Source: Octopus vulgaris (lineage: Eukaryota). From it: a stretch of DNA of 64,000 nt. Made by a program: the position numbers and the translations under genes. Numbering within the stretch: position 1 is the first letter of the stretch; each line of letters starts with the position of its first letter. This document shows, one piece after another, positions 1-14,448 of this stretch. The stretch lies in contig OX597817.1 of assembly GCA_951406725.2 (NCBI GenBank), positions 8,804,001-8,868,000 of the forward strand. The letters run 5' to 3'. Under the pieces are notes generated by a model, which made no database searches, was not told the origin of the DNA, and saw only the letters and a list, made by a program, of their open reading frames with translations.

Positions 1-156
1 CACTAATTGCAGTCCACCAGACAGTCACCATAATCTTTTGCTGATGCAACATTGGCTGACCGTTTACAGTTATCATAAAGGATCTACTTTTCGTCACAAG
101 TGACTATTCGGTCTAGAAAAGGATCATTAGTGTTTCGCAGAAAGAGCTTGAAACCA

Positions 157-159
<3 letters not shown>
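1..159 (-). mobile_element. Internally deleted mariner transposase fragment (Hsmar1/cecropia-like)
   Basis: Minus-strand translation gives DPFLDRIVTCDEK*ILYDNCKRSA then LHQQKIMVTVWWT: the first catalytic D motif and following strand of mariner transposases, with a stop and deletions. Confidence 0.8.
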
Positions 160-224
<65 letters not shown>

Positions 225-426
225 TGTGTGTGTGTGGGTGTGTGTGTGTGTGTATGTATTTGTGTGTCTGTGTTTGTCACCCCACCATCGCTTGACAAAT
301 TAGCGTTTCGGCAGAAGACACCGATCGAATAAGTACCAGGCTTGCAAAGAGTAAGTCCTGGAGTCGATTTGTTCGACTAAAAGCGTTACTCCAGCATGGC
401 CGCAGTCAAATGACTGAAACAAGTAA

Positions 427-429
<3 letters not shown>
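160..429 (+). mobile_element. SINE family A, 3' half with internal (TA)n(TG)n
   Basis: Matches the 3' half of the full copy at 51800-52251; ends CCAGCATGGCCGCAGTCAAATGACTGAAACAAGTAAAA. Confidence 0.85.
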
Positions 430-496
<67 letters not shown>

Positions 497-1235
497 GTAA
501 AAAAGCAACAGGATATGAAGTAATGATGCAGTACGACCCTTTCAAGCGTCTCCATTTAATTGAACAATGCCATCATTACATCAATTCAAATGCAGTGTCA
601 TCATCAACTGCACAAATAAATAAATAGAATTTTAACCAGTTGGATACATTAATATAATTTTTCTCAAGAGGGAGAGGGAGAGATAGAGGGGGAAAAGAGG
701 AATAACTAGAAAGAGGACACAAACAGGTGTGATGATGTAAAAGAGATACGTAGTTACCTAGGCAGAGGGAAAAGCAAAAGTCAGAAACAGCAAAAATGCA
801 AGAGAGAGCAGGAGAGAGATGGTGGTGAAGTGCCAGGATATATTCACAAGTAACAGGGATCAGAGCGTAGACGGGGTGGTAGAGTAAGGAAAAGAGAGAG
901 CATGCCCTCAAGGTACGGATGTCATAATATACGCGACCAGATATTGCCAAGATAGCGCGAGTAGGGAGTGGGGATTGCAGTGACTGGTGAAAACCTGGCT
1001 ATGAACAGGGGGTGGGGGAAAGCAGCGATACAGTGTGCAGGGCAGTGAGGGCAGTGATGTGGAGTGGGGGATAATCATAGTGTACGATGAGGAAATGTGA
1101 GGAAGAAATTTAGAAGAGATATAGTTCGGTTTCTTGGAGTAGGGTGTGAGGAAAATTTATTGTTACATATAGGTGGGACACAATACATCTAGCACTCAGT
1201 TTTGCTGACGTAGGCGGATATTCTCTAGACCCTAC

Positions 1236-1292
<57 letters not shown>

Positions 1293-1656
1293 AAATTGAT
1301 GTGTTATAAAACTATTCTGCACATACCAACAACATACCAACAACAGCCATACCAACAATCTAACATACCTCCATCATCAGATATCACTAGGAATTCGACA
1401 CCTGGGCAGTACCATTCAATCCGGTGGTATCAATAGCACTAAAATAAGTGTTGTTTGGGGGGAAAAAACATGCCTTAGACATCACCACGTTCATTCAATC
1501 TTAATACTAGGAAGGATTAAACATTAACATCATTAATTAAACTACAACAAAGAAACACATTTACCCTATCTACAAAAACAGTATCGGTAAATAAATTCAA
1601 TTAGTAAACCTCTAACTCCTAAAATATCTAACTAAATAGCAACCTAACCCTTGAAG

Positions 1657-1722
<66 letters not shown>

Positions 1723-1726
1723 CCTC

Positions 1727-2070
1727 TACTTCTTTCAGTCATGTGATTGTGGCCAGGCTGGAGCACCGCTTTTAGTCGAGCAAATTCACCCCAAGTCATA
1801 TTCTTTGTAAGCCTAGTACTTATTCTATCGGTCTCTTTTGCCGAACCGCTAATTTACGGAGAAGTAAACACACCAGCATCGGTTATCAAGCGATATTGGG
1901 GGAGGGGGACAAACACAGACACACAAACATATACACACACATACATATGTATATATACATATATACAGGCTATAGTAGAAGACACTTGCCCAAGGTGCAA
2001 CGCAGTGGGACTGAACCCGGGACCATGTGGTTCCTAAGCAAGCTACTTACCACACACCTACTCGTAAGCC
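1727..2070 (-). mobile_element. SINE family A, internally deleted
   Basis: Reverse complement of the family A head and tail with internal (CA)/(TA) tract. Confidence 0.85.
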
Positions 2071-2555
<485 letters not shown>

Positions 2556-2577
2556 GGTACAGGACTTCACAAACCTT

Positions 2578-2833
2578 AAACAACATGAAATACGAAAACA
2601 AACGAGTTGAATACGCAAACGAGAGAAACAAATGTAAAACAGGACAAGTAACGGCCCTTCATCAGTTGCTGGGTGCCCCTCTACTCCGCATTTCGGGCAT
2701 TGAACGACAAATGCGGAGTAGAGTGACAGCCGACAACTAATGAAGGGTCTTTCTTTATATTGGTTGTCTTGTTTTCCATGTGTTTCTCTCGTTTGCCTAT
2801 TTAGCTTATTTGTTTTCGTATTTCATGTTGTTT
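2578..2833. repeat. Fold-back (inverted repeat) element between microsatellites
   Basis: Arm 2578-2696 is the imperfect reverse complement of 2704-2833, e.g. CTCTACTCCGCATTT / AAATGCGGAGTAGAG. Confidence 0.85.
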
Positions 2834-2841
2834 ACGGTTAC

Positions 2842-2900
<59 letters not shown>

Positions 2901-4249
2901 TATTATTATTTGATTGAACGCCATGCATCCATTTCCAAGTATGTATGTATTAATATTAATATTTGTTTTATGATATAATTAGTGTAGTTTTACATTAAAT
3001 TAAAGCACTGCTCAATACGTTTGCTAGAATAGTATTGACAAAGACTTCGAAGTTTCGACCAGCTGAACGATCGTTTAAGTTCATCTTGGCTTAATACAGA
3101 CGCTGTTAAGTTAAAAGTGTCCTAGGGTAACCTGAGTTCTGTTAAATTTTAATTAAGTTTTATAATATGCTGTGGTGGCCAGATGGTGCGGAGAATTTTT
3201 ATTTATTAAATTTTAAGAAGTGCTAATTATAAGAATTTATTCATGCATGTAGAGATTTATATCTATGAGATATCATTATACAGGACTATAATGGCGACCG
3301 CGAATACAAAACACTGCTATTTCAGAACTTAAACTGACATGAATAGGATTTTTCAAATATCAAGCTTTGGAAAATGTACACAAGTTAAAAAAAAAATAAT
3401 AGTGTAATAACATTTAATACGTGTGACTATTACAAGCTACCAACAATTATTCGACGGAGGAATGAAATTTGATATCATTATTGGCAAGTATCCAAAATGG
3501 AATTGGCAGTGACTGTCTGAAATATATTGCGGGGCATTACTGAAAAATAAACTTAAAACCGAGGCATGTATTTTTCAAAAGTTGCTGTGAGTTGCGTACT
3601 AGTTAAAAGGATAAAATTTATTTAGTGAAAATCAATGACTTTGATATATAACTTTTTTATTACATATTTTTCATCCAAAAAATTGAGCATCTTAGAATTC
3701 AGTATCTTCAAACGCTAACAGCATTTCGTGAAATATTTAAATTTTGGGTTTTCACATGATGTCGCAGAGACAATCCAACTGCTCTATTTGTAATGCTGAA
3801 TTTTCTTTTTCCAATGCTGCTTTGAGACAAGAAAATGGGGAGGGATCACTCGAGTGTAAAACGTAAGGGGCGATGACTGACTAGGAATCATTGAAATTTT
3901 AAAATTACAGCATTGGAAGCGTGAATAGAGACAAGTTACTATAAACCTAGTTTAATTACAGCTAAGAATTCTTGACCTCATATCGATGGTGAAGTTTTGC
4001 AGAAATTAGTCCCTGAAATATATCTCAGTGCAATGAAACACAGCAAAAGGATTTGCAGATAATATTTGATGCTATTTACGAAAATTCTCCAAAATATCAA
4101 GTTTTCTTCTGCTCTCGATAGAACAACAGATTTTGATAGCGAAGTTTTTCTTTATATCTATGTAAGATTTTATGGCAAACTAAAATCAATAGAAAAAATT
4201 CTATTTTATAGCCTTTGAAAATGACCAACACAACTGCATAAGATATCTA

Positions 4250-4724
4250 TAAAGTGATAAAGAGGACCATTTGCATATGCAAAAGGTGTCTGCCAGATGG
4301 ATTCCCAGGTTGCTTACACCTTTCCAGAAGCAAAGGCATCCTCCTCCTGCAGGACAACGCTCCGGTCCACAACACGCGTGTCGCCAGAATAGAAGCACAG
4401 GCGTGCGGCTATGTACTCCTCCCTCATCCCCCTACTCTCCTGACCTTGCACCCTCTGATTTTCACCTCCTCCCAGCCATGAAGTTGTTTTTGAAAGGAAA
4501 GCATTTCCCAGATGATGCAGCCTTTATTTCTGAAGTCACGTCGTGGTTGGAGGACCAAGCTGGGGTCTTCTACAAAAACGGTCTCTAGAGCTGCATCAAA
4601 TGATGGGAGAAATGCGCAACTCTGGGTGGTTCCTATGTAGAAAAAGACTAATAACTGTGCCAATTTTCGTTGCTCTACTGCTATGGGAAGTGGGTCAGGA
4701 GCATTACTTATTGAACGCCCCTCG
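4250..4724 (+). mobile_element. Mariner (DD34D) remnant with 3' TIR
   Basis: KVSARWIPRLL, LLLQDNAPVH and YSPDLAPSDFHL motifs across frameshifts; ends TTACTTATTGAACGCCCCTCG followed by TA. Confidence 0.9.
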
Positions 4725-5031
4725 TAAGGAAGGGAGATAATCAAGGATTCTCCAAGTTAACATGCCATTAAGGAAATGATCAAGCTTATTGCCTTGAGAT
4801 ATGAGGACAGTCGTGGACATGTGTTTCTGCTCAACAGGTGTCGTCTGCGCGACAATTGTCCCACCTTATCTCAGGTAGCCAGGGTAGATGGAGAAAAAAT
4901 GTTGAAAATTTATACCCTAAGAAATTTACTTAATCTAAACTCTCTTTCAATAAGTTTAAGTCTCTATAGGAGAAGACGCTTGCCTTAAGAGCCACGTAGT
5001 GGACCGATCACAAAACCATGTGCTAACGAGG

Positions 5032-5088
<57 letters not shown>

Positions 5089-5526
5089 ATATATCGCTCT
5101 CCCTTCCTCTCTCTCTCTTTCTCTCTCTCTATATATAAATATGTGTGTGAGTGCATGTGTTTGTGCGAGCGTGTTTCTTTGCATACGTACACACACACAC
5201 ACATGTATGTATATATGTAAGCACGTATATATATATGTATATATATGTTTGCATATATATATATATATATATATAATGAAGAAATTATACACAACATGTA
5301 TAAGTGGATGATGAGTAAAACACCAGCATAGTTTCGATTACCTGTAGATTGCGGGAACTTCATAGTTGCGGTAGAGGTAACAGTATTAATAAAATAGATG
5401 AAAAAAAGATTTGATTTTATACACATATGTATGTATTCGCCAATACGTATGCGTATGCGAGTGTATTTAGTTGCTTGTATACACCCATATACTTGGATGT
5501 GCGTTTGTGTGTATATATATATATAT

Positions 5527-5597
<71 letters not shown>

Positions 5598-5739
5598 TAC
5601 ATAATTTAGAGGAAAACCTCTATTAAACAATTCAAAAGGGAAAGACCTTATTCACACCAAATAGAAAGAATTAAATACGCTATAAAAACATTACCCTAAA
5701 AATCAATAAAGTACATAAACAATATCTGGAATTATATTC

Positions 5740-6050
5740 CTTATTATTATTGTTATCTTTCTTTTTCTTCTTCCTTCAAATTTGTTTCCATTTCTTGCCG
5801 AGTGTCTTCCCGACTCCTAGGGCAAAGAAACTCATAGTATACATTGGTAGGCCATTAAACTAAACTCACTAGTTCGTTCATTTTTTTTTAAAGTTAAATT
5901 AAAATACAGGGGTAGTAATAGTTCTCACATCGACAATGCTCTTCTCAATACGTGTGATGTACCAGTTAAGACCATCTTTTGCACTTCTTGCAGGGATGGT
6001 AAGCCAGGGATCATTCTCATATAATTTTCGGTTCCCTTCTTGATCATTTC

Positions 6051-6052
<2 letters not shown>
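5740..6052 (-). mobile_element. R4/Dong-type non-LTR retrotransposon 3' end in (TAA)n
   Basis: Minus strand reads MIKKGTENYMRMIPGLPSLQEVQKMVLTGTSHVLRRALSM*, resembling the LQK..L.GT.H.LR C-terminus of RLE-clade elements; flanked by (TTA)n. Confidence 0.65.
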
Positions 6053-6096
<44 letters not shown>

Positions 6097-6647
6097 GAGT
6101 GAGAGAGCAGTTCATGCCATCAAAGTGACACTGGGGTAAAATATACGAAGCCCAATATACCCATCATGACTACCCGTCTGATAAAGGTACACCAGGCACA
6201 TGCATCACAACCATATGTGCGCGACATGGTGATCTCATATCAAGATAAACAGCACATGACCTTGCAGGTGGGGCCCAGTTAGAATTTTCTTCAGGTTGAG
6301 TAGCCCATCCCGCTCAAACGGTCCCTGAATAAGGGTTGCTTAAGGATGTTGAAAGAACCACCCATGTTTCCAGAGGTGAACTATTCAAACCCCAAAGAAT
6401 CCCTCTCAACACATGGCTATGATGCTCCCCCACTACTTCTGCTCGTAATCAGAGATGCACATATCGTCAGCCACTAAGGGACATGCTCAACTGGTTAAGG
6501 TCAAACAACTGACAAGCAAATCTGTGGTATTGAGCAGAATATTTGCTGTAGCCCATCTTTTATACCAAGACAAAACAATGTACATGATAACACTTCCAAT
6601 CAGTTAAGATCAGAAGCCATCAGAGCCACTGCCTGGTACTGCATCAG
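6097..6647. mobile_element. Unclassified ~550-bp interspersed element flanked by (TTA)n
   Basis: Complex, GC-richer block with sharp borders embedded in (TTA)n on both sides; no long ORF. Confidence 0.5.
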
Positions 6648-7274
<627 letters not shown>

Positions 7275-7535
7275 GTATCTGTGTATGTATATGTGCGTAT
7301 GAGCACGAATACAAAGAAATTTTTCGTCTAACTATTATCTTGCTTTCCACTTCCTTTTCTTTCTCAACTGTTACACAACAGCGACGGCTCATTACATCAT
7401 TCTCTCCGAAATAGAATTTTTACATTCATATTTGAATTTCTCGCGTTTCACTTTTACTCTGCTTCTTTTTTCCTACTCATTCTCAAAGTTGACAGACACT
7501 TAGCTAACACCGAATCTCTAGTGAGACTTTTTATT

Positions 7536-7590
7536 TATTTATGTACCCGAAGAGACCCAGAATGGGTCGAAACATGTGTCGTACTAAATA
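7536..7590 (+). ncRNA. Minimal type-I hammerhead ribozyme motif (U4C variant)
   Basis: GTAC-CCGAAGA-GACCC agaat GGGTC-GAAAC atgt GTC-GTAC; helix I extends via TATTTA/TAAATA. Confidence 0.7.
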
Positions 7591-7772
7591 AAATCTTTTT
7601 TGTTTCCTTCTATTTCATTAATACTATATATATATATAATATACAAAATTTAAAGGACTGACCACTAAAAGTGGACAGTCAATATGCTAGATATAGACGT
7701 CAAAATCGCTAGGCCACTGGTTTTAATTGATTAATATCAATTCCTACACTTGTTCAATTTTATATAATATAC

Positions 7773-7918
<146 letters not shown>

Positions 7919-7949
7919 ATACATATATATATGTATGTATTTATAAATC

Positions 7950-8758
7950 CTTAAAAATGTTTCAGCCTGAAAGCTGCGGCCATGCTGGGGCACCACCGTT
8001 GACTGTGCTACACTAGTATGTGAAACCACCTCTCATACCTGGCACTTGGTCAACAAGAGAGTTCGACGCCGCTGCCCGCATCTGTGTTTCCTGCTGAGAG
8101 GTTCATCTGGAATCCCCTGACAAGAAGAGATCGAGTTTAGTTTTAAAGAAACCCACATCCACACCATGCAGTTCTCTCAGGCATTTAGGAAGGATATTGA
8201 AGTGCTGTGGTCCACTGAAACCCAAGCTGTTGCAGTATCTGGTCCTGTATTTTGAAGGTAATGTTGGAATCTTTGGCACCATGCAGTGGCACCCTATTGG
8301 GACATGGCCCTCGAGGATTTTCCAGATGTATATCATGCATATCTCTCCCGCCTTCGCTCCAAGGAGAAGAGTTTTAATACTTTCAGTATTTCCCAGTAGC
8401 TGATAGTGTGGCTTCGTTGAATTGCTTCGAGTTCTGCTGTTAACTTTATATTGGGTGGTGACCATAGTTGGGAGCTGTAGTCCAAGCGGCTGAGGACAAA
8501 TGTCTTCCAAAGGACCATCAGTGTCTCCTCCTCTCTTGTTCTTAAAGTTCGGAGGCTCCATCCAGCTAGCCCTCTGCATTTTATTACCAAATTAGGAATA
8601 TGCACTTGGAAAGATGCATCATTGCTCATGTCAATGCCCATGTCACGCACTGATTTTGACTCAAGAATTGCAATTCTTCCTGGGCCAGTGTATCCGGTCT
8701 GCATGTCGTTCAGCTTTGTGTGACGGTTTGGCAGGGCTTGGAACTTCCCTGCATTAAA

Positions 8759-8760
<2 letters not shown>
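7950..8760 (-). mobile_element. CR1/L2-type LINE 3' fragment (RT C-terminus plus 3' UTR)
   Basis: LWKTFVLSRLDYSSQLWSP, LKLFSLERRRERY and NSLGFSGPQHFNILPK motifs with frameshifts; structured tail at 7958-7997. Confidence 0.9.
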
Positions 8761-8810
<50 letters not shown>

Positions 8811-8814
<4 letters not shown>

Positions 8815-10069
8815 GCTGTCCGGAAAGTTCGTGCCGATTTATAGTAGCTTACCTTTCGACTTATTTTAGAACATGGTTGAGTCCATAAAATAGGATTTGA
8901 CTACACCTCCATTTAGAGCACAGTTTCGTGGAAGATGGTTTATCTTTCTATAACCTGTGTTAATTCTGTAACTCTTTAAAATGGAAGATAAGAAAGTTCA
9001 TTTTCGGCACTTGATGCTTTTCTTTTTCTGTAAAGAGTAAAATTCCTCACAAGCAACCGAAATAATATGTGTAGTTTACAGTGATGTTTCTTTATCCGAA
9101 AGAACTGCACGGATGTGGTTCGCAAGGTTCCGAGCTGGAGATTGTCTCCTTATTGATAAAGAGTGATCAGGCAGACCATCCACTACAGATGATGACTAAA
9201 TCAAGTCATTAATTGAGAATAACCCACATTGCACAACCCGAGAATTGGCAGAAAGCCTCAATCTATCAAAACCCGTCGTTCATGAGCACCTGGTAAAGCT
9301 TGGGTACAGAATCGCTACGATGTTTGGGTACCACATGAGTTGAGTAAGAAGAACCTTTTGGATCGCATTTCCATCTGTGATTCGCTTTATAAACGGAATG
9401 AAAACGCGCCTTTTTTAAAGCAAATTGTGACAGGTGATGAGAAATGGATTATCTACCGAAATGTTTAGAGAAAGTGATCCTGGAGTAAGCGACATGAGCC
9501 ACCCTTAGCCACCCCAAAAGCGGATCTTCACCCTAAAAAAGTCTTGCTTTGTATCTGGTGGGATTGGAAAGGAATTCTGTACTATGAGCTTCTCCCCAGT
9601 AACCAGACAATTAATTCTGAGAAACACTGCACACAACTGGTTGAGTTAAAAGCAGTAATTCGTGAGAAATGTCCAGAATTGGACAACAGGAAGGGTGTTG
9701 TTTTCCAACATGATAATGCAAGACCGCACGTCTCTTTGGAAACCAGACAAAAATTGCTGCAGTTCCGCTGGGATGTGTTAGTCCACCCTCCATATTCACC
9801 GGATATTGCTCCTTCGGATTTGCACTTATTCAGGTCTCTGCAGAATAGTCTTAATGGTAAAAATGTCAATTCCTTGGATGATGTAAAAAGATACCTTGAT
9901 GAATTCTTTGCCATGAAACACCTCAATTCTGGGAAGAGGGTATTTTCAAGTTAAAGGAAAGATGGAGACGCATTGTGCAACAAAATGGTTGATTAAAAAT
10001 GTAATGGAAGGTATTTATTGATCTTTTTCTTTCTTTTAAAAATAGGCACGACCTTTCCGGACAACCCAA
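8811..10069 (+). mobile_element. Full-length degenerate mariner (mellifera-like) with TIRs, inserted in (TA)n
   Basis: 5' TIR TTGGGCTGTCCGGAAAGTTCGTGCC and 3' TIR GGCACGACCTTTCCGGACAACCCAA; TA flanks; 1259 bp. Confidence 0.95.
8981..9995 (+). pseudogene. Mariner transposase pseudogene
   Basis: MEDKKVHFRHLML start, WVPHEL, IVTGDEKW, HDNARPH, YSPDIAPSD; multiple stops and frameshifts. Confidence 0.92.
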
Positions 10070-10084
10070 TATATATATATATAA

Positions 10085-10319
10085 AAACTTAGATAAAACT
10101 TAGATATGTTTCGACCAGAGATTGGTCCAGGCCATGTCTAACTTAATAGCACCACCTGATATTATTCGAATCCTGTTTAAGTCAAGTTTTGTTCAAGTAG
10201 TGAGTTCTTGTTGGGTGAGTTGTATCCAGTTTTGTTCAAGTAGTGAGTTCTTGTTGGGTGAGTTGTAGGGTGGCTTATCTGGTATTCTTTGAAGGAATCT
10301 ATCCAGACTCTGTTTGAAG

Positions 10320-10320
<1 letters not shown>
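10085..10320 (-). mobile_element. 3' end of the CR1/L2-type LINE family also seen at 25992-26710, with a ~38-bp internal tandem duplication
   Basis: Shares CCAGGCC..ACTTAATAGCACCACCTGAT with 26002-26035; GTTTTGTTCAAGTAGTGAGTTCTTGTTGGGTGAGTTGTA occurs twice. Confidence 0.6.
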
Positions 10321-10384
<64 letters not shown>

Positions 10385-10413
10385 GCTTCATTGATAAAGA
10401 AGAAGAAGAAGAA

Positions 10414-10460
<47 letters not shown>

Positions 10461-10765
10461 AGAAGAAGAAGAAGAAGAAGAAGAAGAAGAAGAAGAAGAA
10501 GAAGAAGAAGAAGGTAATAATGAAAGAAAGAAAACAGGGTAGAAATACACCAGTGGGGATGGTGGCTGCGACGCCGATGTGGACAATGATTATGATGATG
10601 ATAATGATGATGATGATGATGATGATGACGACGACGACGACGATGATGATAAACCGTTTAGTCATTTTTATCCCTATCGTCATCATTGTTATCATCTTCA
10701 TCATCATCTTTATTGTTAGCCTCCTCCTCTTCTTCATCATCATCATCATCATCATCGTCATTATC
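10320..10765. repeat. Compound (TA)(GA)(GAA)(GAT)(GAC)(CAT) microsatellite
   Basis: Directly visible. Confidence 0.95.
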
Positions 10766-11689
10766 GGTTGTAGAGCAAGTAAGAGACTTTGTCTGACAGT
10801 CGGAAATTCCTGATTTGTTAGAAACATTCCTGGAATTATTAAAAACAACGGTACCTAAGTTGAATGTTCTTACCATTTTCTATCGACAGAACGGGTAAAC
10901 AGCCTTGTGTAAGGTGAACAAATAGGATGTAGAATTTTCATTTGCGGCGTATTTATTTCACAGTATGGTTTTTAAGTGTCCGGAATGCTGAGATGTTTAC
11001 AAAGAAATGTGTGGGTGTGTCTTCTGTGATGTTCTCTTCGACAGTTCCTGGTGAATGAATGAGTGAGTATATATGTGTGTGTGGGCATATATGTGTATGC
11101 CTGAGTGTATTTCAGTGTGTGTGTATGTGTGTGTGTATGTGTGTGTGCATACGTGCGAACGAGAGTGCGTGTGTGCGAATATGTGTATTTCTGTGGTACT
11201 GGAATTCATCTTAGAGCCCTCCCTACAACTCGTTAAGTATGTTGGTGGCTAGCCAGCTTGTGGAATGCAGAAAATAAAGAAAATTCTAGAATCTAGAGTT
11301 GAGAGTCTAGTCTAGATTCTACTGTTATCAAGAACATCTCGTGGTCTGTGTAGCTGTTGGAAGAGCCAAATATGCGGAATTGATTTCACTCTGTATATGA
11401 TGTGTACATCTATACTTTTTTTCTGTTACTTATTTCAAACTCGTTTTAGCGACGGAAGCAGAATTAGTTCCGAATACCAGTCTGTATACTGTAAATACAT
11501 ATATTCACTCAGCGCAAGCTGAATAGCCCGTCGGTGCTGGGACAATTTTCACAATAAGATGCTTTTATTTCAATTTCTTTTTATTCCATTTCAGACCATG
11601 TCTTCACCGACGGATAGGCCACCAGATCTGCATAGGATATCGTCTCCTGAGCCTATGCGACGGAAGATCTTGTGCGTTTATCATCTAAC

Positions 11690-11848
11690 CGATGCCTCCT
11701 AAACGCCAGCAGAAATTTCCTAAAATGCAAGCACGACCCGAAGATCTCCGTTCTGGAGTTCCGTATGGTCCCTGGTACGTGCGAATTTTTCAGGATTTCC
11801 GTGCGTTCCGCTATGCATAGTTTGCAACTTTTCATCCCTTTAAGATAC
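11690..11848 (-). mobile_element. Penelope-like (Naiad-type) GIY-YIG endonuclease C-terminus, inverted copy
   Basis: YLKGMKSCKLCIAERTEIL...RNSRTEIFGSCLHFRKFLL: the CxLC..E ... N.R.E...CxH signature. Confidence 0.75.
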
Positions 11849-11849
11849 A

Positions 11850-12378
11850 TGTTTCCAACCATAGATCTTCCTTCAGGGTACCGCTGGCCAGCCATGTCTG
11901 GCAACTAAAGGAAGATGGAATTCCACACTAAATCTCATGGAAAATCCTTGCGCTCTCGGGTCCCTACATCAATGGAACGAAACGCTGTATGCTATGCATA
12001 GCCGAACGCACGTACCAGAACGGAGATTTTGGGGCTGTGCTTGCATTTTAGGAGATTTCTTCTGGTGTTTTGTGAACCTCACTATAGCGGTAATAGCAAA
12101 AATAACACCACAACCGGAAGTTGATTGGTGATGAGAGAGAGATATAAACCTCTATTGTTTACTCTCATAGCTGAAAGATGGAGACACGGCCGGAAGCCGA
12201 TAGCCGGCAGCAAAGGGAGATAATCCCTTAGTTTGAATCCGTACCATTCCCCGCCCCATATTTTAAGGAGGTCGTAGGCCAACAGGTCTTACAGTCTGAA
12301 GATACTCCATAAAAGTATCCTTATGGCACGTAACCATATATATATATTGGATAATAAAACGAATGGTTTACACCTGGT
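11850..12378 (+). mobile_element. Penelope-like (Naiad-type) endonuclease C-terminus and putative 3' UTR, direct copy
   Basis: Manual translation: NHRSSFR..LASHVWQLKEDGIPH*ISWKILALSGPYINGTKRCMLCIAERT..RTEILGLCLHFRRFLL; ends at (TA)n. Confidence 0.75.
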
Positions 12379-12387
12379 ATATATATA

Positions 12388-12799
12388 CTCTTACCCTTTA
12401 CTCTTTTACTTGTTTCAGTCATTTGACTGCGGCCATGCTGGAGCACTGCCTTTGGTTGAGCAACTCGACCCCGGGACTTATTCTTCGTAAGCCCAGTACT
12501 CATTCTATCGGTCTCTTTTTGCCGAACCGCTAAGTGACGGGGACATAAAGACACCAGCATCGGTTGTCAAGCAATGCTAGAGGGACAAACACAGACACAC
12601 AGACACACAAACACACACACATACATATATATACATATATACGACGGGCTTCTTTCCGTTTCCGTCTACCAAATCCGCTCACAAGGCTTTGGTCGGCCCG
12701 AGGCTATAGTAGAAGACAGTTGCCCAAGGTTCCACGCAGTGGGACTGAACCCGGAATCATGTGGTTGGTTAGCAAGCTACTTACCACACAGCCACTCCT
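12388..12799 (-). mobile_element. SINE family A, near full length
   Basis: Pol III-like head (TGGCTGTGTGG A-box, GGTTCAGTCCC B-box), internal microsatellite, (TAAAAGAG)n tail. Confidence 0.92.
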
Positions 12800-13091
12800 T
12801 TTACTTATTTCAGTTATTTGACTGTGGCTACGCTGGAGAACCGCCTTTCGTCGAACAAATCGACCGCAAGACTTATTCTTTGTAAGCCTAGTAAGTACAT
12901 ATTACGCTATGTTACAGGGACGTAAACACACAAACATCGGTTGTCAAGCGATGGTGGGGGGACAAGCACAGACACACAAATATATACATGCATACACGCA
13001 TACATACATACATGCATACATACATACATACATACATACATACATACATACATACATACATACATTATATATATACAACCACTCCTGCGCC
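12800..13091 (-). mobile_element. SINE family A, older deleted copy in tandem with the previous one
   Basis: Tail and (TACA)n internal tract; retains only the extreme 5' GGCGCAGGAGTGG. Confidence 0.75.
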
Positions 13092-13176
<85 letters not shown>

Positions 13177-13399
13177 ATTATTATATAATTTTAGAAAATA
13201 GCATTTTTAATAGATTAGCGTGCTATATCCGTAGTCTTTTTCAAGTGTCCGGATAAACCCTGTTCAACTGCCTGTGAGGAGGCAACAGGCAGTATGGAGA
13301 ACAGAGCAACTAGTCCGTCTATCTGGGAATCATTGAGTCGTGGCAGTTAGCAGGGTGGCTGGGGCTGGGATTTTAAGGAATATATTAGGGAGATAAACG

Positions 13400-13625
13400 T
13401 ATTTCTTTACTACCCACAAGGGGCTAAACACAGACGGGACAAACACGGACAGACAAACAGATTAAGTCGATTACATCGACCCCAGTGCGTAAGTGGTACT
13501 TAATTTATCAACCCCAAAAGGATGAAAGGCAAAGTCGACCTCGGCGGAATTTGAACACAGAACGTAACGGCAGACGAAATACGGCTATGCATTTAGTCCG
13601 GAGTGCTAACGATTCTGCCAGCTCG
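13400..13625 (-). mobile_element. SINE family B
   Basis: Reverse complement of GAGCTGGCAGAA..GTTCAAATTCCGCCGAGGTCGACTTTG..CCCCTTGTGGGTAGTAAAGAAATA. Confidence 0.9.
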
Positions 13626-14448
13626 ATAAATGGAAGTTGCAATGAGGTGTGACACGTGATGGAAGGATATAGAAAAGAGGAAACGCGACTACATTAAGAA
13701 ATTCACATAACTTAAACTGGTCTCAGTTGCTAGTTTATATTAAAGCTAAAGTGTCTATTTATATTATGTGTGTGTCTTTGTGCTTTGTGCTTGTTTGTGT
13801 TTGTTTAATGTTGCTTTAACACAGTTAAAACAAAAATTCACAAAAAAAACAAAACCAGATTATAAACTGAAATATGAAATAACTCCGAAGCGTCGCACGG
13901 AGTGTGGGAACCGCACAGTATGGACACTTTATATACGTTTGTAACCGAAGGTTAAGTTACATTTAAAGAAGTGAGCAACCAATTCAGCAACCTCACAAGA
14001 TGGCCAAAACCCTCTTCAAGGCATTGAAATAATTGACCTATACACTTACACGTAAACGTGTCTTTAGCAAACTTTTGTAAAATTAAACGGATACATTTAA
14101 TCTTTTACTCTTTATACACAAAATGTAATAGAAATCGATGTTATAGGGAAACAACTGAAACATTACAAATACGTTCGGTTTGCTTTTAAAACACTCTACA
14201 AAGAAGGCTGTCAGCTGCAATTTAGTTTCCTGCAGAAAATATGTCCCACGTCTGTAATGTGCGAACCACCGATTCATTGGCTGGTTATCCTATACGCTTT
14301 CTACTCAGCCTTCTGCATCCCCCTACACGTCAAATATTGGAACTTAACAGAATGGCGTTTTATTTTCTACCAATGTCACCAATAAAATATTTTCTTCCCG
14401 ACGTATAACGTATTAATTTTGTTTATTAATCAGTTGGTAGTAAGATTA

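Noticed and set aside
600-1600. Possible highly decayed Penelope fragments (LLYHP-like and LNTRK-like words)
   Set aside because: The motifs are too short and degenerate to support without a profile search.
2660-2750. Type-II hammerhead (GAAA before CTGATGA) in the fold-back
   Set aside because: I could not build a valid helix III with an NUH triplet; kept only as a fold-back.
2900-4240. Possible hAT transposase remnant (AERSF-like word near 3060)
   Set aside because: Single short motif with no other supporting transposase blocks.
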